Shown piece after piece: positions 11,591 through 25,505 of a stretch of DNA of 64,000 bases. A program made the translations under genes and the position numbers. The first letter of the stretch is position 1; each line of letters opens with the position of its first letter. The notes beneath the pieces are model-generated. The model was not told where the DNA came from and searched no databases. It was given only the letters and a program-made list of their open reading frames with translations. The DNA is taken from positions 66,774,001 to 66,838,000 of the forward strand of contig NC_092344.1 in the NCBI RefSeq assembly GCF_963676685.1, in the 5' to 3' direction. The DNA is from Mytilus edulis. Taxonomy: Eukaryota.

Positions 11591-13595
11591 CTCATAAAAT
11601 TGAAAATTGCTAATTTAATTCAAAGTCACTGGACTATGTCCTGAAAGCAGGATCTGAAAAAGTCACCTGTACTGATCAATTATAGTATTGTGATTTTATA
11701 CAAAATGTCATTGATCTATCACAAATAAATCTTATCAAACTAAATTAAGTAGAAAAATTGCTAATTAATTCCAATTCGCATGACATGACTTTAGTGGCAT
11801 ATCACCAAAATAGTCGTCAAATTGTAATGCGACTTTATATACAAAATATCATGCAATTTGACCTATTACTAGTAAACCTATCAAACTAACTTAATGAGAA
11901 CTCGTTTAAACAATTATTGACGCCGTCGCAGGAGCCGTCAACGAAAAAGCAATCCCTATGTCTCGTATGGTCGCATGCGAGGCACACTTCACTTGTTTTC
12001 CAAGGAAAACACCATAGAATTTGTTTCAATGGTTCTTGTTTTCTTCGGGAGGGGTAGGGGTGCAAACAATGACAAACACACAGTTGTTTTTCAAAATATA
12101 CAGTAACAATAATTTGATTTTTGAAACTTAATGTAGGAAATTTGATGGGCCTTGCTGTACCCAGAAATATTCACAAAAGACACAAAAAGTGAAGTAACAG
12201 TTAAAACTAAACATAGCTTTTCGACTAAAATAAAAATTGTTTAATTGTTTTAGAAAGTTACAAATTAATGTCAGTGACGAGTATCCTCTATTTTAATTCT
12301 GTACAAATATAATATGAAAAACAAGTACCTAATAACCGAACCAGATTGAGCTTATTCTATTTTCATTTAAAGAGAACATAATAATTCAATGTCTAAACTT
12401 GATGTGTAATTGTTTTATCTACGTGTCCACTTGACACGAACTTTTTTAAATATCGTTGTCCTCCTTAATTGTACTGAAACATACGATTACGTTTGGTGGT
12501 GTTGAAATTAGATTACCAATAATAAATGAACATTATCCAACTTATACTAGAAATCGAGGCTTACGGTCATAAATCAACTCGGTAATTGGAGAAAACACGG
12601 TACCCCCGGTTCTTAACACAAAATTCAGTGTGTTGATTGGTTGATTTCTGATTCTGAGTACGGTAATCGTGCTCGAAATTATTATGACTGCAAGGCCAGA
12701 TGATCGATGGACACACTTGGCTCTCCACAAATAAATATATGTTTCAAAATAACAATCGCCCTATATGGAACCTAAAGATAATGAACTTTATGACGAACAT
12801 AATTAAATGTATTTATCAAAGTTGAACAAAATCGAACATATAAAATGTTGTTTGTTTATAGTTAATACGTGTTTGGATAATTGTAGTAAGGTAGGTTTGA
12901 TTGGGATATTGAGTAAATGCACGAGTGAACTAAGGTGGTTTAAAGTCATTCAAGCCATTGCTGTCAAAGTGTACAGTAGTATTTTGCCAAATAAATAATA
13001 TTATCAATCATATTATTTATTTTCAGATTTGTGGACCACAAGTATGGGGAAACCAATACAAGCTGCTTAATAGCTGTGTATTTATATGAATTTTCAACAA
13101 TATTATACTCATATTTATAATAAAATTTGTCTCTGCAAGTGGATTCTCCCGTGTAATAGTTTGTGGTTGTTTGATAAATATTTTATGTTCGTTTGAGTTT
13201 ACGAATTAGAATTTAAACTGAATCTCTTAACCTACATTTCAATTTCCTACTATCTTTTAGAAAAGTTTTAAATGCCTAACTAATATCAATTCAACATATT
13301 TGATATTCAAGGTTTCACAGGCTGCATCAAATTTAATTCATATTTAATTATTCAATTTGATTTAAGACGGCCTTTTATTTTCCACTCAATAATTTTGAAT
13401 TACTAGATTTAATACTTGTAGATATTAGATAAGTGAGAATAATTTCTTTTTCGGAATATAAACTATTACCAATGAAGCAAGCACGGTGATGATTGATGGG
13501 GTGTTGTTGTCTTTAACAGGTTGTTAACTTTAGAATCACATCTAATGCTATGACTTATTATTGATTATTGAACAATATTTTGTAGTTTATTCTTA

Positions 13596-16194
13596 ATGGC
13601 GACATCATCTCAAAGCTGTGGAGTTTGTGACGTCCGTCACATTAACAAACCATCCATAGTCTGGTGTACAAAATGTGACGAGGGACTCTGTACAGAATGC
13701 CAGAAACATCATGGTGTGTCTAAAGCATCGAGAAGGCATGAGGTGATACCTATCGTTGAATACCAGAAATTACCAACCGATGTCCGGAAAATTACTCAGT
13801 ATTGTAGCAAACACGATGACAGTTTTCAAACTTATTGTAAGAAGCATGAATGTCCCTGCTGCAGCAAGTGCATAGTGGAAAGTCATACAGAGTGCCGGGA
13901 TATCGTAAATTTAGATGACGTCATTGATAATGCCAAAACCTCCTATGCCTTGTCCGAAATAGAGGAGACATTAGTTGAAGTAGCAGATATCTACAAAAAG
14001 TTCGTCAGCATTTACAGGACAATCGGTCGAATTTGAAAGAAAAGAGAATGGAAATAGAAAAAGAAATAAAGAATACCAGAATAAAGATCAACAACCATCT
14101 CGACAAACTACAAGAAAATTTGATGAAACATCACTATGAGGTCGAAGAAAAAGAAAACTCGAAAATTTGTCAGTTAGTGTCATCCTTAGAGATCAAAGAA
14201 AAAGAAATAGCAGAATGCCAGAGAAATATTTCAAACATTAAGCAACATGCGACGGACCTTCAGTTGTTTCTTTCGATGAAGCAGATAGAAAAAGACGTAG
14301 ATAGCAAAGATAAATTCCTACACTCGCTGGTAGAAAACAAGGGGCAACTTTCTCTTTCATTTAAGATTAACGCCTCTATCAAAAATGTCATGCCCGATAT
14401 AGAAAGTTTTGGAGAAGTGCACATTGAAGCGAAACCGTACGATATTGTTCTAGTCGAGAAAAAGGCAAAACAAGCTCAAATGATGATACAATCAAGATCC
14501 ATTTATAATATAAAGTTTACGATACACAAGACCATTGACAACATAGTAAAATACATATACGGATGTTGCATGCTGTCGGATGGTAGAATGGCGTTTACTT
14601 TCTACTTTACAGTCTACAGACTGTCGGCATTCCAATGGGAACAAACTGTGCCCCTCTACTCGCCGACTTGTTTTTTATTATTATGAGGCTGACTTCATGC
14701 AGGAACTTCTTAGGAAGAAAGATAAGAAGTTAGCAATATCCTTTAACTCTACTTTCCGCTATATAGATGATGTTCTTTCACTAAACAATTCAAAATTTGG
14801 TGACTATGTGGAACGCATCTATCCAATCGAACTAGAGATAAAGGATACTGCAGATACAGTTAAGTCGGCTTCATATCTTGACTTACATCTAGAAATTGAC
14901 AATGAGGGTCGGTTGAAAACAAAACTTTACGACAAAAGAGATGATTTCAGCTTTCCAATTGTGAACTTTCCATTTCTAAGTAGCAACATTCCAGCAGCAC
15001 CTGCATACGGGGTATATATCTCCCAATTGATACGATATTCCCGTGCTTGCATTTCCTATCATGATTTTCTTGATAGAGGTTTGCTGCTCACAAGGAAGCT
15101 ATTAAACCAAGAGTTCCAAATGGTGAAGTTGAAATCATCCCTTCGTAAATTTTACGGACGCCATCACGAGTTGGTTGACCGTTATGGAATAACCGTTTCA
15201 CAAATGATATCGGATATGTTCCTTATGTCGTAACTACAATCCCCTTCCCTTTCATGAATATGACCTACCGAATTAGACTATTTACCGGATTTGTAATCAC
15301 TTAAGCAACACGACGGGTGCCACATGTGGAGCAGGATCTGCTTACCCTTCCGGAGCACCTGAGATCACCCCTAGTTTTTGGTGGGGTTCGTGTTGTTTAT
15401 TCTTTAGTTTTCTATGTTGTGTCGTGTGTACTATTGTTTTTCTGTTTGTCTTTTTTATTTTTAGCCATGGCGTTGTCAGTTTGTTTTAGATTTATGAGTT
15501 TGACTGTCCCTTTGGTATCTTTCGTCCCTCTTTTTTTAAACAGACAGTAAAAGTATTTAGCGACAAAGGATTACAAGAGTTCGAGGTGAAGTTGCCCGTT
15601 TTCCCATGTGATATAGTATACATAAGTAAGGACAATACATTAGCTGTTACAACTCGTACATCAGAGTGTATTACTATTATAGACGTGGAGAGGAAACAAA
15701 TCAAGAAAACAATTTCACTTGATTCTTACAGTTATGGCATAGCACTAAAAGATAATCGATTGATTTATTACGTTCGAAACAAAGGTATACGAATGATCAA
15801 TCTCAACGACGAATCTACAAGTGACATAGTTCGGGACAACATGCCAACTGACTGTCACATTGCAACTTTTAAGGACAAATTATATCACACAAGTAGTGGA
15901 ATATACACAGTTACGTGTTATAATCTACAAGGTCAACTACAATGGAAATTTCAAAATGAAGGCGTTCTGCAGAATCCTAAGGGTATTGATGTAGACAATG
16001 ATGGCAATGTGTACGTAGTGGGGAGTGATTCACACAACGTTTTAGTTATCTCCCCTGACGGAAAACGCCACAGAGAAGTGTTGACATTAAGTGATGGTCT
16101 AAAGGATCCCATGGCAATTCATTTTAGTGGTTTAAAGAATCAGTTGCTAGTCATGGACATGGATCACAAGGCTCATTTGTTTAGTTTTATCTGA
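13596..16194 (+). pseudogene. TRIM-like B-box/coiled-coil/NHL gene, copy 2, disrupted
   Basis: There is a 1-bp deletion near 13987 (GCAGATATCTAC versus GCAGAAAATCTAC) and a ~925-bp insertion within FTFYF|KQTV. The pieces correspond to ORFs 13596-14036, 14033-14609 and 15538-16194. Confidence 0.92.
14610..15534 (+). mobile_element. 5'-truncated Penelope-like retroelement (family A, Naiad-like): RT C-terminal half plus 3' UTR
   Basis: QTVGIPMGTNCAP, FRYIDDV, YLDL and YDKRDDF motifs of a PLE-type RT. The ORF stops after the thumb (15233) with no C-terminal GIY-YIG, consistent with the N-terminal-endonuclease Naiad clade. Possible TTTA duplication. Confidence 0.8.
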
Positions 16195-16631
16195 AGAGTT
16201 AACAATTCATTAGATCATTATCTTAGATATTTCATACATAATAACTGGAATACAGAAACCTGTTTTGTCTATTTTGTCAAATTATATTACAAATAAGTAT
16301 TTGATTGAAACACAAGGTGGAACGAAAAATATTGATAATAATCTATGTTTTGATTTATCTAGGGATTTGTTTGGGTTTACAAAATAAATATGTGACAGTG
16401 TCTCTATCAGCGCAAATGCGATTCACATTTTGAAAAAGTTCTAGATTGAAATAGGCAGTCTATGGTCGCAAACTACTTTGACATGTGTTTAAATATGTGA
16501 AATCGCCAATGTTTGTTCAGGTATACCTTTTGCACTTTGATTGTTATTTTAATTAGTTTCGTAGAATAAGAACACCAGTATTCAAATCAAAAAAATCAAT
16601 TCCATTGGTCTCCAATTTGATATATCTCCAC

Positions 16632-17328
16632 CAGGGGTCGAATTTAAGCTTTTTAGTGTACTGGCCAGCCGGACCAGTGGACTTAAAATCTACTGGTCCG
16701 GCTCAAAATTTACTGGTCCTGCAAAAGTGACATTCATTTGATAACCACTAAAAGATATGACAGATGTTTAGTTTTATTTTCCTCAGCTGCTTTCCTCTTC
16801 TTTATTCCAGTAGATTTTTGTGCTGTTCTGTTTATTCATGAGCAAGTACAAAATCTTACTTAAAATTTGAAGATCTCGTTACAAAAATACATTTCTCATC
16901 TAGGTCTGTCACTGCAAATTGTTCACATGTTTTACAATGCATTACATTACGATCGACTTTACAATTTAAACATTCGAGATCTTTTTCCCAGGATATTTTA
17001 TATTTACGTTTCCTTTTGTCAGTTTGAAAAATCTTCTTTTTGAATGTCGCTTAATTAATAATTTGTTTTGCCCTTTTAACTCCATCCAAAAATTTCCACA
17101 TTTTGTGTTGTTGTGTAGTGCGAATACTTTTAAAATAGTACTCCCAGTACCCTAAAAAATAATTTCTCAGGTTTACTTTTTTGTAAACAAACCGAGATAG
17201 AGATGCAATCAGTGATTTTAACGAAAAATTTCTACTGGTCCGCCAGACCACCAGCTGACAAACTCTACTGGTCCGACACAAATTCTACTGGTCTCGGACC
17301 ACCGGACCAGCGCCAATTTCGACCCCTG
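16632..17328. mobile_element. hAT-type MITE
   Basis: TIR CAGGGGTCGAA/TTCGACCCCTG. The 8-bp TSD ATCTCCAC is at 16624-16631 and 17329-17336. Multiple subterminal TACTGGTCC motifs occur at both ends. Confidence 0.92.
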
Positions 17329-18821
17329 ATCTCCACAGACATAATGATGTGTATAAATAAACGTATGGCTAAAGTTATCATATAACATTAAAGAAAAATA
17401 ATTAATATGATATTCAAATATTAAAAGGAAGGAATACGCTAGTAATATTATTATAAAAAGCCAAAAAACACGCTTCGAAATGCATACAAGTTAGGCACAA
17501 AGAATCACGTTTTCAATGATTTGAAAAAAGCGCCAAGCTGACATTTTCTATCGACGCAACATAAGAACAACGTATCATAAAAAAACAAAACCATTCACAT
17601 GTATTATTATGGCCTTCGACTACAGACTGAGGTTTATACTTAACATCAAGCAAAGTACGAAGTATCCCAATTGATTGTAAAATTAAAGTTGTCAATTTAT
17701 TAAAAAGTGACAATCAACACCAAAGTCCACTATAAATAAAAATCTTCAAATGTGTCATTAGGAAGTCACAGACGAGAATCTTGTTTGTTTAAGCAGCTAC
17801 ATCTTATATTTTCAATCGAATATGAATTATGCTTTCTAATACTGTAGATTCGTAATTATTCATCGGGTACCAATTTTCGTAGTTTTTGTTGCTTCAGGGA
17901 AACACGAAATAAATTTTCAAATATATATATTTTTTCCATATATGCTGATTTAAGTAAAACAACGGAATCTTATATCCACGAGAATTCTAGATTTCCTGAA
18001 ACCACAAAAATGGGACGCACGAAAATAAAAGAATCAACATTATTAGTGTAAACATATTTTATTAATTATATTCAGGTACATACATAGGCATTTACATAAT
18101 AATACAAGTGAAATAATTAATAGGATCCAGAAACAAGCTGTTAGCTTATATTAATCTGTTTCCTGGACATTATTGATTTCGCCAATGTGTTTGTTATGTT
18201 GTTTTTTGTAGTGTGGTATACTTTCGTGAGTTTCCCTCAATTATACCGAATTTGGTGTAATATATGTAACCCAGAACAACAGTGTATATTTGTATGCAGA
18301 GGACAACTGCATAATTATATATTTTAAGAATCAACCTTCTAGAGACACAACAAATCCAATGAACCAGTTAATACGATATTCCAGGTCTTGAATGTCCGTT
18401 CTTATTCTCTGTTAAAGGTCTGTTACTTAGAAAGAATCTTTTTTGACCAACTGTTCTCATTTGTAAAGTTCAAGTCATCTTTTCCAAAAGTTTAAAGGAA
18501 ACAATGATCATGATAATGATTAATATTTGGTTTCCTTAATCATGTTAATGGAACATCGTTTATAAAAATTATGAAATTCGACATTGGCTTTTTTCTCTCT
18601 ATTCACCGCAATCTGCTGTCTGTTTTCCAAATAATGATTTATAATTTTAGGTATGCAATTGAAATAAAAAAAAAATCAGACAAAGAAACAAAGATAATTT
18701 TCTGGCTTATTAATTTGCTGATAATTACACAGATAAACTGATGACATCTTTGAATCACAAGATGCTAAAATTAATAATAGCCAAGGACAGGGGAAGTATA
18801 TGTCCGGGAGACGGAAGATAT

Positions 18822-19045
18822 AAAAGAGGGGCAACAAATACCAAAGGGACATTCACACTCATAAATTGAAAATAACCTGTCAACGCCATGCCTAAATTAA
18901 AAACAGAAACGCAGACACACAGTAGTACACAAAACACAACATACAAAACTAAAGACTAAGAACCCCACCAAAACTTGGGGTGATCTAAGGTGCTCCTGAA
19001 AGGTAAGCAGATCCTGCTTAACATGTGGCAACTGTTCTGTTGCTC
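18822..19045 (-). mobile_element. Older Penelope-like 3' UTR fragment (also ~30175-30300 with a deletion, and ~45368-45595)
   Basis: Diverged reverse complement of 15305-15535. Confidence 0.75.
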
Positions 19046-19325
19046 ATGATAGTAGAGCATCTGCTTACACTGTCTTGAATACCAATCTGTTTTTGCGATT
19101 TAATTTTCGAGCACAGACTGAAAAAATGATCAACACAATTAGTTATGTTTCATATATACATGTTTATATATATAGTTTCATTATATTATCAATCACAAGC
19201 TCCTTATTTAGTACCAATGATGCACAATATTACTACACAGTTAACACGGGCTTTTCTTTGAATTGCTCTATCTAAGGCATTACAAAGTTTGCTCGATAAA
19301 TGTAATCAGTACAATAGTAATCTGA

Positions 19326-19625
19326 AATAAAATTGAGAATGAAAATGGGGAAAGTGTCAAAGAGACAACAATTCGACCATAGAAGAACAGACAACAGCAG
19401 AAGGTCACCAACAGGTCTTCAATGCAGCGAAAAATTCCCGCACCCGGAGGCGTCCTTCATCTGGCCCCTAAACAAATATATATACTAGTTCAGTGATAAT
19501 GAATGCCATACTTAACTCCAAATTGTACACAACAAACTAAAATTAAAAATAATACAAGACTAACAAAGGCCAGAGGCTCCTGACTTGGGACAGGCGCAAA
19601 AATGCGGCGGGGTTAAACATGTTTA
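19326..19625. mobile_element. Short interspersed repeat (also ~30578-30878 and ~45866-46165; inverted partial copies at 26010-26373 and 60660-60786)
   Basis: AATAAAATTGAGAATGAAAATGGGG...GAAGGTCACCAACAGGTC...CCCGCACCCGGAGGCGTCC is found in both orientations. Confidence 0.7.
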
Positions 19626-20438
19626 GGTGAAATATAAAAAAGAAAATGCGGTATGATTGCCAATGAGACAACTATCCACAAAAGACAAAAAAGACACAGA
19701 CAGTAACAACTATAGGTCATCGTACGGCCTTCAACAATGAGCAAAGGTATTTATTCTATTTTTTATATCTTATAATTTTATGAAAGAGAAAATAAATTCA
19801 TCCATATTACTATTTCACTGATACTCTTTTCTATAAATAACCCGAAATGAAAAAGGGAATTGTCTAGCCATTTTATATAACGTCAAGATTAGAATTTTGT
19901 AAATAAGCGATTATCAAATAAACCGATCACCATGGCCAGGTCTGGATTTATTTATATACACATAGATACGCACATACATGTACATTGTACAATGGAATCT
20001 ATGATTACATAAATATAAAAATATATTTATACTTTTTTTTAGTACAAATGTTTTTTTTGTAGACGACTTGACATCATTTGATAAAACAGTAACACTGTCT
20101 TTAGCTCCATATGTCAATGGAATGTTTTAATGAATACTGGTTATAGTCTTTCACAGAACCCTGATCCGTAGTAAAAATGTTAAAAATAGTAACATCCCTA
20201 TCTGTGTAGGTGGATTTTGAACTGTCCCGTCATTTATCAATTTCTTATTCAGTCGCGTGATATATAACCTTTCAGGTAAACAAGACTCAACATTTCAGCA
20301 TAACAGGTACTTATTTTATTTGATATTTCAATGATTAATTCTTCTTTAATTACGATTTCCATTTTCCCTAATATAAGTATGACCTAAATAAATTTGTTAT
20401 TAAAATCATCATAGATACCAGGATTAAATTTTGTATTT

Positions 20439-20482
20439 GCGCCAGACGCGCGTTTCGTCTACAAAAGACTCATCAGTGACGC
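20439..20482 (-). ncRNA. Minimal type I hammerhead ribozyme
   Basis: Identical to 9757-9800. Confidence 0.88.
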
Positions 20483-23400
20483 TGGAATCCAAAATATTTA
20501 AAAAGGACAAATAAAGTACGAAGTTGAGGAGCATTGAGGACCAAATTCCTAAACGTGTTGCCAAATACAGCTAAGGTTATCTATTCCTGAGGTAAAAAAG
20601 CCTTAGTATTTCTAGAAGTGCTGATTACTGGGCTAGTGATACCCTCGGGGAATTAAAACTCCTCTAGCAGTGGCATCGACAAAAGAGTATTATTTCAACT
20701 TTTGGTCTGTGCTTAAGAAGTGTTCACACAATGCAATGTCAATTTGAGCTGAATTCGTCCTTTACACGCAATCTAAACATTCCTTCGTTCCCCATTACTA
20801 ATATCAATGTTCACATGTTGTAAAATCATGTTTTTATTACATGCAGTCGATAGTAAATATAGGCCTTTCATGGGTTAAGTGTTCATAAAACAAGATATTC
20901 AGAATGTGAAATTTATGCATATTTAAGGAAAAAACATTAATTAAATACAATTGATGATAAAGATATTAACGTTATTTGCAATTTAACTGTCCGAAACTCA
21001 AAATATTGCCCAGTAATTACAACGATTAAATTTCCTTACAAATCCCTTTTCAGACTCAAAATATCAATCATATCATTCTCTTGGACTTTCGTTACTGAGT
21101 GGAATCAACCAGATTCATTAATAAATAGATGGTTCTTTAATCGATTGTATGCGATTTGATCTACGTCCAGTAGAAAATATTCCATTCGTGTTCAGGATGA
21201 CCAAAAACAATTAACATGGTTTTCGACTGCTATCAAGGGAGGGACATTTCGCGAGAAGATAAGGGCACATTCTTTTTTGTACATTGGATAGGGATGGAAA
21301 TTAAGCTTTGCAATCAGCTACACTTGTATGTTGAGTAACACTTCTGGTACAAAATAACTCAATGTTTAAACATTTTTATATATCCATTGAAGTTAATAAA
21401 TTGATGAAATCGGTACCTCGATCAGAATTAGATTATGTGCAATTTTTGGAGACGAACAAGATTTAAAATACAGTAATCCTTTTTTAATGAACATTGTCAT
21501 TAACGGAAAGGGTGGGGGCAATCTAAAATAGAAAATAAAATGTTGAAACAGAGACATGTCTAAAATTTTACACAAATTAAGATGTTCATATAGTCACTTA
21601 TGGTTGTTTATTGTAAGTAGTTTCTATTAATATAATTTAAGCAGGAAAAAATTAACATAGAAAATTGCTAACTTAAAGTCACTGTACAATGTGATAGCAG
21701 GCAGGTCCTTAAAATAATCGGCAAACTGATATGTACTGATAGTAATGCAACATTTTATTAATTATCGTTGATATATCTCTCATCAAACTAACTTTAGCAA
21801 AAGAAACTTTTAATTTTGATTTTCCTATAGTCAACTTTACATTTATGTGTAGTAACATGCCAGCGGCAACAGCATATGGAGTATATGTGTCTCAATTGAT
21901 ACGTTACTCTAGAACTATCTCAAAGTACGTTGATTTTGTTGAACGAGGAATACTGCTTTCTCAAAAGTTGCTAAGACAGGGCTATGAATCAATCAAATAA
22001 AGGTTATCACTAAAGAAATTTTACGCTCGCTATCATGAGCTGATTGGCCATTATGACAAAAGTGTGTCAGAAATCATATCTGATATTCTTCCTCAGTCAT
22101 AATAACCTTCCATCATTACCGAACTGAACAAAGAAATAACACGATGACGGGTGCCGTATACGGTGCAGGAAATGCTTACCCTTCCGGAGCACTGGATTTC
22201 ATTCCCGGTTTTTATTGGAATTACTGTTGTTTCTAATCTATTATTTATAACAGTTACTGTTGATGTAATGTCCTTTGGTTTTGTGAGTCTTTGTTTATTC
22301 CTTGGTTTTGATTGTTATTGTCTCTTAAAATTGAAAATTGCTAATTTAATTCAAAGTCACTGGACCATGTCCTGAGAGCAGGATCTGAAAAAGTCGTCAA
22401 CCTGTACTGATCGATAGTATTGTGATTTTATACAAAATGTCTTTGATCTATCACAAATAGATCTTATCAAACTAAATTAAGTAGAAACTTTGAATTAGAA
22501 AAATTGCTTATTAATTCCATTTCGCATGGCCATGACTTTAGTGGCATATCAACCAAAATAGTCGTTAAATTGTTAAGTACTTATAGTAATGCGACTTTAT
22601 ATACAAAATATCATTGACCTATCACTAGTAAACCTATCAAACTAACTTAAAGAGAACTCGTTAAAACAATTATTGACGCCGTCGCAGGAGCCGTCAACGT
22701 AAAAGCAATCCCTCTGTCGCGTATGGTCGCATGCGAGGCACACTTCACTTGTTTTCCAAGGAAAACACCATAGAATTTGTTTCAATGGTTCTTTTTTTCT
22801 TCGGGAGGGGTAGGGGTGAAAACAATGACAAACAAACAGTTGTTATTCAAAATATACAGTAACAATTATTTGATTTTTGAAACTTAATGCAGGAAATTTC
22901 ATACACTTTATTTCTAAAGAAAACATATATATAGTTGTTTGATTAAATTCTGACACAATTTTACCAAAGTCTAAATGTATTTGGAATAAACTGAAAGATA
23001 TTCATTCAATTCTATGTAATGGTCAAGTGATCGCTTACATTACTCCTATATGAAGTTTACGCATGCGAACTCAATATATTTCATGTACAGGTAATTAAAA
23101 CTGGTGTACACATGAGATTAGTATATGTAAGAGAATGATTATTCCTTTCTTCATGAGTATGTACGAGCAAAATTGTTCGAAAAGGCTTTCAAAATTTTAT
23201 AAATTTGCTGCAAAATGACGGTGGGCATGGATAACATAAACAAGCTCCGTTGGAAATTGGTCATGATACTATTTGGCTTTAATTTTTAAAATAGAGTAAT
23301 AAAGTACTAACACCACACATAACTGTTTTATCCAGGTTTTTATTATAAAAAGTGGTAAAATTAGAAAATGTTAGTATTGTCGCCTATGGCAGAATAAATA

Positions 23401-23549
23401 GTACCGTTTTCCCATTTAACAAAATCCGCGTTCTTTCCAGTCAAGGGACATAATTCATATTCACATCTAATGCAACAAACTAAGTCGGAGAAGGAGCGAA
23501 AATCCGAAACAGTATCTTAAAAAAACAGAAAATAGTTCCACTTGTGTGT

Positions 23550-23622
23550 CACAGGCACTTGTTTCTACGAGTAAACACACGTTGATAGTAGGGCTTCCAA
23601 TGGATAGAAACAAGTGCCTGTG
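23550..23622. mobile_element. 73-bp micro-MITE (also 36322-36394 and 57438-57510)
   Basis: Perfect 18-bp inverted repeat CACAGGCACTTGTTTCTA/TAGAAACAAGTGCCTGTG. The flanks GTGTGTGT/GTGTATGT at 57430-57518 resemble an 8-bp TSD. Confidence 0.65.
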
Positions 23623-25184
23623 GTGTATGTCAAAGTGATCAATCTACTTGTTACTTACGAAGAAAAGAAATATAACTCCAAAAATTGTTGAGATTTTTTA
23701 AAAAACAAATTGTTGCAATAAAGAATACACAAAAAGTAACCTATTATCTTTAAAGGCCTTGCAGGTTCCTGTTACTCCTACCCAATCTACTGGTATTTTC
23801 AAAATGGCTGCGGGGGACGCGGCCTGATAAATTATTTGAATATTGTGTCAGATTAAATATTCCTGATTTTGCTTCGTTAATATTATAGACAAATATGCTA
23901 CAAACGGTTTAATAAGGTTACTCCAAATCAAATAATTGAAATATAATTACCTTTCTGTGTATAATTGCATGAATTGATTTTCTCTCGTTTTTCTTCAAGC
24001 TCGCTCTTGCCCTCTTGATGAATGCGCATTCGTGGTATTCATCCGCAACAACAATTTTTCGGTACGTCATTGATATTGAAGATCGTTTGATAAATGTACA
24101 ATTATTTCTAACGACAAAACATTTTCATATTATTAATTTGCATTTAAAAATAATAATCTGAGTATCCATTGAAAACATGAATTTAAAAGAAGCGATAATG
24201 AATTTTATTCTGCACTTTATAATGTCCGCGGGTCTATAATTTTTATATGTCGGTTATCAAACCAAAACTAATTATATATGCATATCTATAAATAGAAAAT
24301 TAGACGATAGCAATACACCCGAGGCCCTCACGGTCCTCTGATGTAAAAACTAGCCGTCTAATAGATGATGGAATAAGAAAATTATTTCGTATGGTAATTT
24401 AAGTCGTGCAGAATGTAAAGTGAATTACAAAATCTAAGACTTTCATGACGTGGCAATCCGCTATCTTTAGTCAAGTTGTCTCTACTTCTCCCCGATTACA
24501 AGTCGGAATCTGCAGTTGAATGTAATGCATCTTAAGCAAACAGGAGGCCACTCTTTTGACAAAAGTAAAAGTCCAGGAAAACTGGATTGGTATTAACAAA
24601 ATAAAATCAGCGAAAGGCGAAGATACAATTATGTCTCCCCAATTTTATATTGACTACTCTTCACCTTAGTTTACTGGACGTAAGTTGATTCAATTTTACT
24701 ACTAGTATTACACAAATGTATACGTGAAAAGCAATTAAATTTATAAATGGACCAAGGTAGTTTGAACTGCAGATAAAAATATATTTAAACATCATATGCT
24801 GCATGAAAAATAAAAGATTGAGCTAAATAATGAAACTTTGCATGCCTATGATATGTAAAATAAAGAAATAAAAAAAACCTTATCAGCTGAGGCTATATAA
24901 CACCAAATGAACAAGTCTATACTAAACTTAAGGTTCTCTAGCTCCAGTAAATAAGACATTCTTTTAAATACAAAATTGGCAAACAAAAAAGAGGTATATC
25001 ACAGTTATATTATTTTTACTTACAGCCATCTAAAAGCGAAAAAAAAATCTTTATTGTGAATATGAATGAAATGATTTAGAAAATTAAATAAATTGATCTA
25101 TTTGTCCGATTGAACTGTGACATGCATTAAGTTTAGTCCTTTAATACATGATTTATAATTACATTTATTTGTCTAGTTAATGAA

Positions 25185-25505
25185 CCAAGATGGCAAAAGA
25201 TACCAAAGGGACAGTCAAACTCATAGATTGAAAATAAACCGACAACGCCATGGCTAAAAATTGAAAGACAAACAGACAAATATTAGTACAGCAGACACAA
25301 CATATCTATAGAAAACTAAAGAGTAGGCAACACGAACCCAACCAAAAATCAGGGGTGATCTCAGGTGCTCCAGAAGGGTAAGCAGATCCTGCTCCACATC
25401 TGGCACCCGTCATGTTGCTTATGTTATTACAAATCAAGTTAATAGTCTAATTGGGTAGGTCACATTCGTGAAAAGGGAAGGGTATTGTAGTTACGGCATA
25501 AGGAA
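25185..25505 (-). mobile_element. Penelope-like family A 3' UTR fragment (also ~40570-40895 and ~59677-59995)
   Basis: Reverse complement of ~15218-15535. It is absent upstream of copy 1. Confidence 0.8.

Noticed and set aside
14580-15233. RT next to hypervariable genes suggesting a diversity-generating retroelement
   Set aside because: The RT is a truncated Penelope-like fragment with many dispersed copies. There is no TR/VR pair and the substitutions are not adenine-specific.
14033-15233. TRIM-RT fusion protein
   Set aside because: An upstream frameshift and a frame mismatch make this a by-product of the insertion.
15315-15395. HDV/CPEB3-like ribozyme fold (GGGTGCC...AGCACCT resembles P1)
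   Set aside because: No consistent P2, P3 or J4/2 could be built in both families. It is kept only as an unclassified structured motif.
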